From contig JACROF010000002.1 of the NCBI GenBank assembly GCA_016214555.1, forward strand, positions 136,125-200,124: a stretch of 64,000 nt of DNA, in the 5' to 3' direction. Source of the DNA: Candidatus Levyibacteriota bacterium (GTDB taxonomy: Bacteria > Patescibacteriota > Microgenomatia > Levybacterales > UBA12049). Below are positions 48,903 to 58,982 of this stretch, piece after piece. The position numbers and the translations under genes were made by a program. Numbering within the stretch: the first letter of the stretch is position 1; the number at the start of each line of letters is the position of its first letter. The notes beneath the pieces were generated by a model that saw only the letters and a program-made list of their open reading frames with translations, had not been told where the DNA came from and searched no databases.

Positions 48903-50000
48903 ATGAGTAAAGCATTTCGAAAACCAGGACAATGGAAGGCATACCTTTTACTGACGTATTCGTCGTTGAGGGCTCAAACTCGAAATCCTGCAACCTTTGC
49001 TTTTGGTTTTATCTTTCCAATTGTTTTTATTAGTATATTTGGGCTTATCGGAGGAGGAAATTCCAAGGTCACACTAGGCATTCCTCCTCAAGCAGAGACT
49101 ACTTCAACAATCATCGCTGCTCTTGAAAAACAATCATCATTTATTACTCTAGAAAGAAGTGATTACCAAACTCTTGAAAAAAGACTTAAACAAGGAAAAA
49201 TAGCAGGAATTGTTCAGATAGGGAGAGAAGGCGAGACTGAAATTGTTGACTTTACCACATCCTCTGCAAATGCAATTCAGACAGCGCAGGCTCAAAGCGT
49301 CCTCAGGGGTATAGTTGACCAATCCAACTTGATAGAAAGTGGCATAGTTAACCCTCCTATTGTTCTTGAACTAAAAGAAGTGTCTGGAAGACAAGCAAGG
49401 TATATAGATTTTGCTCTTCCTGGACAAATCGGATTTTCTATTCTTTCAACAGCAATTTTTGGAACGGTTTTTGGGCTCATCTATCTGAAGAAGGCTTTAG
49501 TTCTTAAACGAATGTTTGCAACGCCAACAAAAGCCTTAACAATCCTTTTAGCCCAAGGTAGCAGCAGGCTTATTATGACGCTTATTCAAACTATTCTTAT
49601 ACTTCTTGTGGGAGTGCTGGTCTTTAAGTTCTATCTTCCACACGGAATCATTACGCTCTTTGAGCTTATTATTCTTACCTCATTTGGCCTTATTGCATTC
49701 TTAGGCTTTGGATACTTCATAGCAGGGTTTGCAAATGACGAAAACTCAGCAAGCCCACTGACAAATCTTATTACACTTCCTCAATTTTTACTCAGTGGTA
49801 CATTTTTCTCAACAGATGTTCTTCCAAAATGGCTAACGCCAATTGCCAATAACTTACCCCTTTCATATCTCAATACAGCGATTCGCCATGTTACTACAGA
49901 AGGGGGAACGCTTGTTGAGACCTGGCCATATCTCCTTGGACTTTCTGCATGGGGTGTGGTAATGTATCTCTTAGCAGCCCGAACCTTTAAGTGGGAATAA
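48903..50000 (+). CDS. ABC-2 type exporter permease
   Basis: YIDFALPG, LKRMFATP, LSGTFF, multiple TM helices. Confidence 0.9.
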   Translation: MSKAFRKPGQWKAYLLLTYSSLRAQTRNPATFAFGFIFPIVFISIFGLIGGGNSKVTLGIPPQAETTSTIIAALEKQSSFITLERSDYQTLEKRLKQGKIAGIVQIGREGETEIVDFTTSSANAIQTAQAQSVLRGIVDQSNLIESGIVNPPIVLELKEVSGRQARYIDFALPGQIGFSILSTAIFGTVFGLIYLKKALVLKRMFATPTKALTILLAQGSSRLIMTLIQTILILLVGVLVFKFYLPHGIITLFELIILTSFGLIAFLGFGYFIAGFANDENSASPLTNLITLPQFLLSGTFFSTDVLPKWLTPIANNLPLSYLNTAIRHVTTEGGTLVETWPYLLGLSAWGVVMYLLAARTFKWE

Positions 50001-50005
50001 ATTCT

Positions 50006-50767
50006 ATGAATGATATCTTCAAGCAAGTAAAAACTCCGGTACTCATAACCGTATCTGTCGTTTTGTCACTCATTGTCGTAACAAAAATTTTTGGACCTAT
50101 CCCGTTTAGTGTTACTAGCACTGTCACATCAAATGCTGACCTCTTCACCGTTGAAGGCACAGGAGAAGCCACAGGCACCCCCGACAAAGCTTCATTCGTA
50201 GTAGGAGTAACCAAGACAGCATCAACTGTTGAACAGGCGCAAAACGATACCAATAAAGCAGTAAATGCGATAATCTCATCGCTAAAAAAGCTTGGTATCT
50301 CTGATAAAGACATCAAATCAACTGACTATAATGTCAATCCAAATATTGACTATAGCGATGGCAAACAAAGCACGACTGGCTACACAGTAAGTACCAACAT
50401 TACCGTTACGCTAAAAGACGCCAACAAAGCCAACCAGGCACTTGATACCGCAACAGGAAGCGGAGCCAATGTCATTACTGGAGTCAATTTTACTCTCAAC
50501 GATGATGAAAAAGAAAAGCTTGAGGACAAAGCACGAATGACCGCTATCAAAAACGCCAAAGCAAAAGCACAAAAAATCGCTGGGCAAGCAGGAATTAAAC
50601 TTGGAAAAATAGTCAGCATCTCATTTGGCCAAAATACTCCCGGGCCGATTATGTATGACAAAATGACTGCTCAAAATGCCCAAGACAGGATTTCGGAGCC
50701 AACACAGCTCCAACCAGGAGAAAACAAAGTGAGCATCACTGTTTACCTCTCCTACGAAACCCTTTAA
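50006..50767 (+). CDS. SIMPL (DUF541) domain protein
   Basis: VEGTG..PDKA, AIKNAKAKA..IA, QPGE. Confidence 0.88.
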   Translation: MNDIFKQVKTPVLITVSVVLSLIVVTKIFGPIPFSVTSTVTSNADLFTVEGTGEATGTPDKASFVVGVTKTASTVEQAQNDTNKAVNAIISSLKKLGISDKDIKSTDYNVNPNIDYSDGKQSTTGYTVSTNITVTLKDANKANQALDTATGSGANVITGVNFTLNDDEKEKLEDKARMTAIKNAKAKAQKIAGQAGIKLGKIVSISFGQNTPGPIMYDKMTAQNAQDRISEPTQLQPGENKVSITVYLSYETL

Positions 50768-51714
50768 CCTTCAACTGTTTCTCGATTTTTATTCCCCGAA
50801 TGAAAATTATTGTGAACATCTCTTAGCTGCTTGTTTGTGATGTGGGTATATACTTGGGTTGTCGCAATATTTTTATGCCCGAGCATCTCTTGGACTGATC
50901 GTATGTCGGCTCCATTTGTCAGAAGATCCGTTGCAAATGAATGACGAAGCGTATGTACGGTCGCGTCAACAGGCAGCCTGGCAAGCTTAACGTATTTCTT
51001 CACAAGCCTCTCAACACTTCGTGCTGTCAGACGCATCCTCTCGCCTTCATCAAGATCAATTTCTGCCCCTGAATATCTGATAAAAAGAGGTTTGTATGTA
51101 TCGTCTCTTGCTGTAAGATACCGAGCAACCCAGTCTACGGCTCGCTCTGATATAAAAACAATTCTGGATTTTTTCCCTTTTCCAATAATACCAAACTCAC
51201 GCCTATCAAGATTGATTTGCGCATGATTGAGAGAGACTAATTCTGATACACGAAGCCCTGTTGAGAACAAAAGTTCCATAATTGCACGGTCTCTAAGTCC
51301 ATCAATTTTTGATGTGTCAGGCATCATGACCAGACGCTCCACCTGTTCACGCTCCAGGAATTTCAAGCTCCTACTCTCAGTTTTGGGAAGGTCGATTTTT
51401 GATGGCTCAAGTGTTGCAATGTCATTTTTAATAAGATATCGAAGAAGAGAACGAAGTGCAATAACGTAGTAATTCTGTGTCACTTTTTTCATCGTCTGTC
51501 CATGTCGATCAGTTTTATTGGCCAGAAATACTCTATATTTTCTGATGTTGTCCAAACTTAACTTTTCAATTGGTTGCGAAGGTAAAGCAGAGGAGTGCCA
51601 GGCTACGAACGTATCTAGATAGTGCCTGTAATCTCGTATCGTCAATTTTGAAGCGTTTTTTTCAATCTCAAGATACTCCAAAAACTGATTGACTAAACTA
51701 GGCAGGGCAGGCAT
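50764..51714 (-). CDS. XerC/XerD-family tyrosine recombinase
   Basis: RDRAIMELLFSTGLRVSEL, GKGKKSR, HTLRHSFAT, LGH, TTQVY. Confidence 0.95.
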   Translation of the reverse strand: MPALPSLVNQFLEYLEIEKNASKLTIRDYRHYLDTFVAWHSSALPSQPIEKLSLDNIRKYRVFLANKTDRHGQTMKKVTQNYYVIALRSLLRYLIKNDIATLEPSKIDLPKTESRSLKFLEREQVERLVMMPDTSKIDGLRDRAIMELLFSTGLRVSELVSLNHAQINLDRREFGIIGKGKKSRIVFISERAVDWVARYLTARDDTYKPLFIRYSGAEIDLDEGERMRLTARSVERLVKKYVKLARLPVDATVHTLRHSFATDLLTNGADIRSVQEMLGHKNIATTQVYTHITNKQLRDVHNNFHSGNKNRETVEG

Positions 51715-51773
51715 AGATAAGATTCAGTATGCATGAAAAGGGGAGGGGAGTCAATAATGTGCGACACGAGACA

Positions 51774-52397
51774 TTAGCAGGATCCCTGCGGGGAAGTGAT
51801 GATTACAGTCTCAAACCCAAGAGACTTAAGAAGCGCTGTCATCTGAGCCCGAGCATTGGTCGATGCTTGGTCCAAAATATGCCCATCGCAGGCTGCTTGC
51901 CTGATAAGACCTTCAGCCTTTTCCCGCGCCTTTGCCTCCAAATCCTTATCGCCCCTTGAAAGAATCCCTAGCTTTCTGTCATATACCCGTGTCTGGTCAT
52001 TATTGATTGTTGTTATTAATATTTCAGACGGAGGAAGGATGAGTCTTATCGTTGAACCTGAGATAGAAATATCGCTATCTGAAAGCTTTGATAAATCTAC
52101 TCCGGCAATTACCTCTCCCTGAGCGATAAGAAGAATTTTATCCCCAAAAAGAAGCTGTTGAAACGCACTCTTATTTGTTCCTGCGTCGATAACTTTTTCA
52201 ATGGTAAATTGAGCGGTTTCGAGCCTTTGCAGATCGCGAATTTGCTTAACAACAGTTCGTGAATTTGCCTTGAAATTGTAATTTGATTTTGGAATAAAAA
52301 ATCTGACTACTGAAACAAGACCAAAAAGAAAAATAACTAAAAAAGAAAAACTCAGAAGAAGAAACAAAATTCGTTTTATTGATCTGAGACTAATCAT
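51774..52397 (-). CDS. DUF4230 family membrane protein
   Basis: TM, LETA, AGVDLS, GHILDQA..NA, LGF. Confidence 0.8.
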   Translation of the reverse strand: MISLRSIKRILFLLLSFSFLVIFLFGLVSVVRFFIPKSNYNFKANSRTVVKQIRDLQRLETAQFTIEKVIDAGTNKSAFQQLLFGDKILLIAQGEVIAGVDLSKLSDSDISISGSTIRLILPPSEILITTINNDQTRVYDRKLGILSRGDKDLEAKAREKAEGLIRQAACDGHILDQASTNARAQMTALLKSLGFETVIITSPQGSC

Positions 52398-52468
52398 GTA
52401 TATGATTATACGCTGCTTACCAAATTTTCTCAATTGTCTTTAGCAAGATTTTTTATTACCATGAGTAT

Positions 52469-53149
52469 ATGCCAGAACCTGGATCAACTGAAGGAAACAC
52501 CAGAGGTCCTCAAAAGCCAATCAAAGGAATAACCATTGAAGGGTTCAAGCCTAAAACTACTAGGAGAAACTTTATCATTGGAACCGCAGCTACGGTAGGA
52601 CTCGCAGCTTTTAAAAAATTTGGCGCAAGTCCTCGTCATGCTGAATCACATACCATTCCTCAGACACCCGAGAAAGAAAAATTAGAAAATGAACTACTAT
52701 TTGCTGAAAGAGAACGCATTGGCGGACCATTAGACTATAGTAAAAACAGTAACGTCGCACAATATTATGATGCACATTTTGAAGGAAACCCTTCACTTAA
52801 TGATGGCTTGATTCGGGTTCATAATGAACCTAGAGGTGACGCAGATACAACGGAAGATATTACAAATCGTGAGATGAGCCAATTAACCTTAGGAGCGATA
52901 CGTACGCTCTCGACCCATACTAATGAATCTGCAAATTCGGGAGATTATTTTACAGACAATATGGGAAATGTAATGTATGAGTGGCTTGTTCCAGGTCGAT
53001 TTACTGCGGATCAAGAAAAACCTTTTCAATTTGTTGACGCTCACGGAAAAGATTCAGATGAACCGTGGTTTATTAGCCCAATTGTTGCGTCCTTAGATCT
53101 CAACACTATGCAGTATATTTCTATGCCTAAAACAGAGCCCGTAGAATGA
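52469..53149 (+). CDS. hypothetical protein with twin-arginine-like N-terminal motif
   Basis: TTRRNFIIG followed by a short hydrophobic stretch. Confidence 0.65.
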   Translation: MPEPGSTEGNTRGPQKPIKGITIEGFKPKTTRRNFIIGTAATVGLAAFKKFGASPRHAESHTIPQTPEKEKLENELLFAERERIGGPLDYSKNSNVAQYYDAHFEGNPSLNDGLIRVHNEPRGDADTTEDITNREMSQLTLGAIRTLSTHTNESANSGDYFTDNMGNVMYEWLVPGRFTADQEKPFQFVDAHGKDSDEPWFISPIVASLDLNTMQYISMPKTEPVE

Positions 53150-53731
53150 CCTACAAGCCCTCCGTTATTCTCTAGACGACCATTTCATCATCTCTATAAA
53201 CTCATGACAATTCGTACCAAGAATCCACCGATCACTTCTCTAGCTACAACAGGGGAGAAGATCAAAAAAATAGGATCAAATTAAAGCTAATTTGTGCGTA
53301 ATAACATAGATAATAACCTATAATAATTGTCTTTTAAAATATTTTGGAGAGTACTTATGTAGGGAATAAATATGTGCAAATCTACGTCTAAACAAACTGA
53401 AATGTAACGACAAATAAATCAAAAATGCTCACATGCATAGCCTCCCCTCATAATGTACTTAGCGTCGTAAAAGTATTATTGTACGACATAACTGCCTGCT
53501 CAAAAACAGCTCTGCATTAAGAAGTAGACCTATACCTCGGCGAGTGTATAGAGATCAAGACAAAAAGTAACATATATCCAGACGTGCAGAGCCTTCTCTG
53601 AGCCGCAAGGAGCACACATGTTTTGACACCTTCAGTGCCCTCTCGAGGGAGAGCGTCGTATTTTGTGAAAAGTGTAAAGAATCTGTGAAAACTCCTCTTT
53701 CCTCTCCTAGTATTAGTTAAATTTTTTATAG

Positions 53732-53765
53732 TGTAAATTAGATTGATAAATCAATCTAATTTACA
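53732..53765. repeat. perfect 16-bp inverted repeat in the long intergenic region
   Basis: TGTAAATTAGATTGAT-AA-ATCAATCTAATTTACA. Confidence 0.9.
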
Positions 53766-53965
53766 TATTTTAGCTTCAAAATATTGATAAATAGTACACA
53801 GTGTAGAGGCCTCTTCTTATATATGCAATTTTATGTGAGTATGTAGAAACTTTTTGAGGCTAATTAGCTTCAAAATGCACTGTCTTTCGTATTTTTTTCG
53901 AACTATAAGACATTTTAAAGCTTATAGTATCAAACTATATCATTCAAATAGTTCTCTCCTACCTC

Positions 53966-54820
53966 CTATTTTCCCCACGCTGTAAATAATAATAAGAGGA
54001 AAAGAACAATTGCTCCAACCCAGACATATTCCCAGATAACATTTTTAAACAACTTTTTTTCAATCCAAACATGACAAATTCCTGTGAGAGTGTAAAAAAA
54101 GCCTGCCAAGAACAACCCAATAACTGTTGGTGTACTTGGCCAAAACCACACTATTGAAGCAACTTGAATAATGCAAAGCGTCACTATTCCCGCCCAGAAT
54201 TTAGTTGGGAAAATATTTTTTTGCAAATTGTAGCTCCATAATGATTGATACACGAGTGGAAAAGTGTATAAAGCTAAAAGAGGAATGCTAATATACATAC
54301 CTGCATGAAGACTAAACACGATGTTTGTTAAGAAAAAATAAGACAGTAGCGTCAACACAAATGATACAATTCGAGCTCCCGAAAGAAGCGCAATAGTCCT
54401 AATTCCCGATACAGTAAAAATATTCTCACTCAAAAAAAGCGAGTAAAGCCCAAAAGCATACAACCCTGTGAGTAATAACCTAAACAATAATCTTGTGGGA
54501 ATAAGAAAGTAAAATAGAGCAAATGACAGACTATAAAAAAATGGAAGAAGAAAAATTCCAATTGAAAAATTATCTTCAAGGTCGTCCTTAATTGCCCAAA
54601 AAAGCAAGAGGTCGGTCGCAATCGCAAGAACTGTTGCAATGCCTATTCCCGATTTCCCGAATTGAAATTCTGAGGCAAATAACGCAACTGACAAAAGAAG
54701 CATTCCTACAACAAATTTTTGCCTTTTATCCAAGGCAAAAATAATTACTCTCTTCCCTCTCTTTGCCGACGTTGTCCCATTCGTTTTTTGTGCTTCTCTA
54801 TCTTTCTGTAGTAAAAACAT
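53966..54820 (-). CDS. multi-pass membrane protein of unknown function
   Basis: About 8-9 hydrophobic segments; downstream of yebC. Confidence 0.75.
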   Translation of the reverse strand: MFLLQKDREAQKTNGTTSAKRGKRVIIFALDKRQKFVVGMLLLSVALFASEFQFGKSGIGIATVLAIATDLLLFWAIKDDLEDNFSIGIFLLPFFYSLSFALFYFLIPTRLLFRLLLTGLYAFGLYSLFLSENIFTVSGIRTIALLSGARIVSFVLTLLSYFFLTNIVFSLHAGMYISIPLLALYTFPLVYQSLWSYNLQKNIFPTKFWAGIVTLCIIQVASIVWFWPSTPTVIGLFLAGFFYTLTGICHVWIEKKLFKNVIWEYVWVGAIVLFLLLLFTAWGK

Positions 54821-54827
54821 GTCTGTC

Positions 54828-55556
54828 CTATTGCTCTTCTATAAAATTTGCATATACTTTTTGGACGTCGTCGTGGTCTTCAATTTTTTCCAAAAACGAA
54901 ATCGCTTTCTCCACCTCTTGAGCAGAAAGAGGCTTTGTTACTATAGGCTTATATACGATCTCTGCCTGGTTTATAATTACTCCTTGATTTACAAGAGCCT
55001 GACGAACCTTTGATAGAAGCTCAGGACTAGTATAGATAACTACCTCATCCTCTGCATCCTCAACATCATCTGCTCCACCCTCAGCAGCCAACATAAAAAT
55101 GTCATCAAGGGTTTTTCCATCTTTTTTAACAGTAATTTCACCTTTTTGTTTGTTTTTATATTGAACACTCCCTGGCACACCTAATGTTCCGCCATGTTTA
55201 TCAAAAAGGCTTTTAATCTCTGGTGTTGTTCTTTGCTTGTTATCTGTTATTGCCTCAACAATAACACTAAAACCTCCATTGCCAAATCCCTCATATATAG
55301 CTTCATGCATCACAACATCAGATTTTCCCGTAGCTCTTTGAATAGCTCGATCAATCGTATCTTTTGGCATATTTGCAGATCGCGCTACATCGATTGCAAG
55401 ACGAAGCTTAAAATTACTCTCTGGATCGGCAATTCCTCCACCCTGTCTGACAGCCATAGTGATAGCCTTTGACATTTTGGTAAAAGCCTGTCCTCTTTTA
55501 GCATCATTTGCACCTTTTTGTCTTTTAATTGTTGACCACTTAGAATGTCCACTCAT
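54828..55556 (-). CDS. yebC: YebC/PmpR family protein
   Basis: MSGHSKWSTIKRQK, YEGFG, TDNKQRT, DDVQKVYAN. Confidence 0.97.
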   Translation of the reverse strand: MSGHSKWSTIKRQKGANDAKRGQAFTKMSKAITMAVRQGGGIADPESNFKLRLAIDVARSANMPKDTIDRAIQRATGKSDVVMHEAIYEGFGNGGFSVIVEAITDNKQRTTPEIKSLFDKHGGTLGVPGSVQYKNKQKGEITVKKDGKTLDDIFMLAAEGGADDVEDAEDEVVIYTSPELLSKVRQALVNQGVIINQAEIVYKPIVTKPLSAQEVEKAISFLEKIEDHDDVQKVYANFIEEQ

Positions 55557-55670
55557 ACTATCAAAAACTCTAATTTGAGTCTCAATTATACTCTGTTGCT
55601 ATTGACTTTTGCAAATAAACTCAGTAAAATTTCAACTTATAATTCTCTTTAAAAAAGAAGCTATTCTTCA

Positions 55671-56381
55671 ATGACTCACCTTAAAAATCAAGCAATTCAA
55701 ACCGCACTAACTGGAGACTGGTTAAACGCAATTTCGCTGAATAAAAGCATTCTTGAGGAAAACCCGAACGATATTGATACACTCAACCGTCTTGGGTTTG
55801 CTCTTTCAAGTGTTGGCGATGCTAAGGAGGCAAAAATCATCTATCAAAAAGTTCTCTCTCTTGATGCACAAAACCCAATTGCTCTTCGTAACCTCAAAAG
55901 ATTGAGCAGTAACACGTCTGCAAAAATTGTCGCACCTGCTCAAGTAAGTAATTTATTTATTGAAGAGCCAGGTAGAACAAAAATTATAGAACTTCTTAAT
56001 TCTGCAGATAAAAAGGTGATCTCAATTCTCCGTTCGGGTGAAATTCTTCAATTAGCAATAAAACGAATGAAAATATTTGTTTTGGACCAACACAAGCAAT
56101 ATGTTGGTATGCTTCCAGATGATATAGGAAGACGACTTATTCGCTTTATGAATGGCGGGAATACTTATGAAGCTTACGTAAAATCTGTTGATGGAAACAA
56201 AGTAACAATTTTCGCAAGAGAAGTAAAAAGAACTTCTCGTTTTAAAAATCAACCTTCATTTTCACCATCAGAAAGACCAAAATTACTTATGTCGTCAAAA
56301 GGGAAAGGGTATAGAAAGTACGAGGCAGAAAATGATGAGTATGAATCAAACGATGAAACAAATCACACTGAAGAGGAATGA
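55671..56381 (+). CDS. TPR-containing protein
   Basis: TPR-like helices (LNRLGFAL..A..Y.KVL.LD..N) plus a C-terminal domain. Confidence 0.75.
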   Translation: MTHLKNQAIQTALTGDWLNAISLNKSILEENPNDIDTLNRLGFALSSVGDAKEAKIIYQKVLSLDAQNPIALRNLKRLSSNTSAKIVAPAQVSNLFIEEPGRTKIIELLNSADKKVISILRSGEILQLAIKRMKIFVLDQHKQYVGMLPDDIGRRLIRFMNGGNTYEAYVKSVDGNKVTIFAREVKRTSRFKNQPSFSPSERPKLLMSSKGKGYRKYEAENDEYESNDETNHTEEE

Positions 56382-56524
56382 TGGGTCTTGAAGAGAACCT
56401 TTCCTTTTGCCAATTCTTTTTTTGCTCGCCCTACTTCCTCCATCAAAAGCATATGCCTCAATGAACGGTAAGCCAAGAAAACTGAAAGAAAAGCTATAGC
56501 TATTATCACTAAAACAAATTGCAT
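56363..56524 (-). CDS. small membrane protein (53 aa)
   Basis: MQFVLVIIAIAFLSVFLAY TM; abuts the upstream gene stop. Confidence 0.6.
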   Translation of the reverse strand: MQFVLVIIAIAFLSVFLAYRSLRHMLLMEEVGRAKKELAKGKVLFKTHHSSSV

Positions 56525-56525
56525 A

Positions 56526-57332
56526 TTAATAAAGCTGAGAGGATTTATCCTTCCCAAGCGTAATAAGTATATCAGATAACCCTTTTCCCTCATGGATCTT
56601 GGGTGTTAGATCAAGAAGCTTACTAAGTCTTTTAAGCGTGTAACTTTCCTCCCCACTGTAGTTAATCGTTGACGTTGCAAGAATCTTCTCACCGTTTTCA
56701 ACTGCAATAACAGTTCCTCCAAGATGAGCAATTACTTCCTCAAGTTTTACACCTATGCCGCTAACGCCTGAAGCATTAACAATTGTTATCGTTTTCCCCT
56801 CACTAAGCAAAGTCTTATCTAAAAAGATTTTGCTGATGATTTCATCATTTACCATCTCCTTTTCTGAATAAATAATTGTTGCTTTGTTGACTGGTTTTGA
56901 CGATAGTTCTTTTATTGCAAATCCGAGTCGATAAAAATCGTAAGCTGTTAAATGATTTCCTGCCTGATGAAGACCTTTAAAATTACTAAAGAGCAATGAA
57001 GCTCCGTTATCCTCAGAAAGTGGCTTATCAACTCGCACAAAAGTATCCCAAGGCAATCCAAGCTCTTCTATGGTTTTAACACTATTCTTAACATTCTTTA
57101 TTATTAATCGTGAAAGTCGCTGCTCGTGAGGGGAAGCGACGACGAAATCAAGCGTATTACTTGATGAAAATGCCAAGATGTAAGGATTTGAACCATCAAA
57201 ACTACTCTCTCTAATCATAGATATTGCTCGAAAAATCAATGAAAAAGCTATGATAATTCCAAGCAGAATTAAAAATATTTTTAAAATCTTCAGACTAGAA
57301 AAAGTATCTGATACGTGTGCTTTTCTCTTCAT
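56526..57332 (-). CDS. LytR C-terminal domain membrane protein
   Basis: TM, IVNASGVSGIG, DILITLGKD. Confidence 0.75.
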   Translation of the reverse strand: MKRKAHVSDTFSSLKILKIFLILLGIIIAFSLIFRAISMIRESSFDGSNPYILAFSSSNTLDFVVASPHEQRLSRLIIKNVKNSVKTIEELGLPWDTFVRVDKPLSEDNGASLLFSNFKGLHQAGNHLTAYDFYRLGFAIKELSSKPVNKATIIYSEKEMVNDEIISKIFLDKTLLSEGKTITIVNASGVSGIGVKLEEVIAHLGGTVIAVENGEKILATSTINYSGEESYTLKRLSKLLDLTPKIHEGKGLSDILITLGKDKSSQLY

Positions 57333-57347
57333 AGGCAGGAGAGACTA

Positions 57348-57497
57348 TTACCACGATGTGTTTTTTTTCTTCTTTGATATTACCTCAGGCATAGTAAATG
57401 ACACAGGATTATAGCTTGAAGTGCCTGTCATCATTTTGTCTTTTCCTTTTTTTTGCTTTTTCTTTTCTCCTTTGAAAAAACCTCCACCTTTCGCCAT
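57348..57497 (-). CDS. 49-aa lysine-rich small protein (not in ORF track)
   Basis: SD GGAGGTGA, TATAAT upstream; MAKGGGFFKGEKKKQKKGKDKMMTGTSSYNPVSFTMPEVISKKKKNTSW*. Confidence 0.65.
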   Translation of the reverse strand: MAKGGGFFKGEKKKQKKGKDKMMTGTSSYNPVSFTMPEVISKKKKNTSW

Positions 57498-57529
57498 AAA
57501 AATCACCTCCAACTTCTATTATACATACT

Positions 57530-58291
57530 TTACACGATGGGGATAAGATGATCCATAACTTTCTCAAGCTCCTGAGGAAGAGGTGCGTTAAAACTAACCT
57601 CATTACCTGTTGAAGGATGGGTAAATGATATTGAAAAAGCATGGAGAAAAACCCTACCCAACAGTTTTCTATCATTTTTTTGAGTTTTTCGTCCTGCGTA
57701 TAAAAAGTCTGCAAATATTGGGAACCCAATGTACTGCAAATGAACCCTAATCTGATGCGTTCTCCCAGTAAGAGGCATCACCTTTACGAGAGTGAGGATT
57801 TCCTTTTTCTTATCATCTGTTCTAAAATACCCATCTACTTTATATGTAGAGACTGACTCTTTACCACCTGGAACAACACCAAACTGTCGCCTATTCCAGG
57901 GAACCCTACCAACGGGAACATTGATAGTCCCCTCTTCTGGCACTATTCTTCCATGAGCTAATGCTATATATGTTTTGTGAACAATCCGTGATTTAAATTG
58001 CCTCTGAAGCTCAACAAATGACTTTTCATTTTTCGCGATTAAAAGTACTCCAGATGTTTCTTTATCGATCCGATGAACAATCCCACAGCGAGCAACAAAA
58101 TCACTCTCCTCTTCATCATCAATTTCACTATCATTTTCTTCCTGATGTAACTGGAAATGAAGATAGCTCTGCACTAAATCCTGGATTGTTTCCTCTTCTT
58201 TTGTTGTCTCAGAACGATTTACAGTAACTCCAGCAGGCTTATTGATAACCAAAAGATCATCGTCCTCATATATAACGTTAAGTTTTCCCAT
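57530..58291 (-). CDS. RluA/RluD-family pseudouridine synthase
   Basis: INKPAG, VHRIDKETSG, TGRTHQIRVH, FLHA. Confidence 0.95.
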   Translation of the reverse strand: MGKLNVIYEDDDLLVINKPAGVTVNRSETTKEEETIQDLVQSYLHFQLHQEENDSEIDDEEESDFVARCGIVHRIDKETSGVLLIAKNEKSFVELQRQFKSRIVHKTYIALAHGRIVPEEGTINVPVGRVPWNRRQFGVVPGGKESVSTYKVDGYFRTDDKKKEILTLVKVMPLTGRTHQIRVHLQYIGFPIFADFLYAGRKTQKNDRKLLGRVFLHAFSISFTHPSTGNEVSFNAPLPQELEKVMDHLIPIV

Positions 58292-58292
58292 A

Positions 58293-58982
58293 TTACATTT
58301 TGATGTGGGTTACATCCCTTTCTTGGAGAACAAGCAGTGTCAGCGCAGCAGCAAACACAACCACAAGTAAAATAGTGTCAATTTGCAAAAGCACCAACAT
58401 ATCATTCCTCTCATGAACAATCTTTGTCAAAAATAGAGTAAATGACATAATAATGAGGACCAAAAGACCAAGACTGCCATCTTTTAACTCTCCCCTATTA
58501 TTGAGTGGCAATAAAACTTTTACAAAAAAAATGAGGGTAAAAAAAAGTAAAATAGGCATAAAAATCCCTGCAAAAATATCAGTCATTCCACGCAGTAACT
58601 CAGCTCCAAAAAACCCAAAAGGAAGAGCCCCTAAAAGCGCCATGGAAAAAAAATCAAAAATTCTCCCTGTTGGGAATTTTTTTCTTTTATAAAAAAGTAG
58701 GAACAATATTCCCCCTACTACTCCACCGATGAGAGAAAGTCCTGGAAAATAAGGAAAAAGCAAAAAAACAAGCGGATTTAAAAATCCAGAGCTTGGATGA
58801 AGAATGACATAGACTATACGAGCAAACAAAAGTCCAACACCTGCTGTGTAAAAAGCGAGATTAAACAATAATTCAATCGTCACATTTTTTCTCACAAAAA
58901 CAAGATCCTCTTTTGCTAACACATGAAGACCAAAAAGAAAGATAATAAAACATAAAATAAGAATAATAATTAAAAACTGCAT
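58293..58982 (-). CDS. divergent prolipoprotein diacylglyceryl transferase-like membrane protein
   Basis: ARIVYV, GLSLIGG, FD; canonical RxGNF motif not seen. Confidence 0.55.
   Translation of the reverse strand: MQFLIIILILCFIIFLFGLHVLAKEDLVFVRKNVTIELLFNLAFYTAGVGLLFARIVYVILHPSSGFLNPLVFLLFPYFPGLSLIGGVVGGILFLLFYKRKKFPTGRIFDFFSMALLGALPFGFFGAELLRGMTDIFAGIFMPILLFFTLIFFVKVLLPLNNRGELKDGSLGLLVLIIMSFTLFLTKIVHERNDMLVLLQIDTILLVVVFAAALTLLVLQERDVTHIKM

Noticed and set aside
50764-51714. Prophage or integron integrase
   Set aside because: Looks like a housekeeping Xer recombinase; no phage genes, IntI-specific insertion or attC array nearby
53150-53965. dif site / replication terminus or oriC near the Xer recombinase
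   Set aside because: No convincing 28-bp dif (XerD arm TTATGTTAAAT) or DnaA-box cluster seen, and strand composition does not visibly switch here
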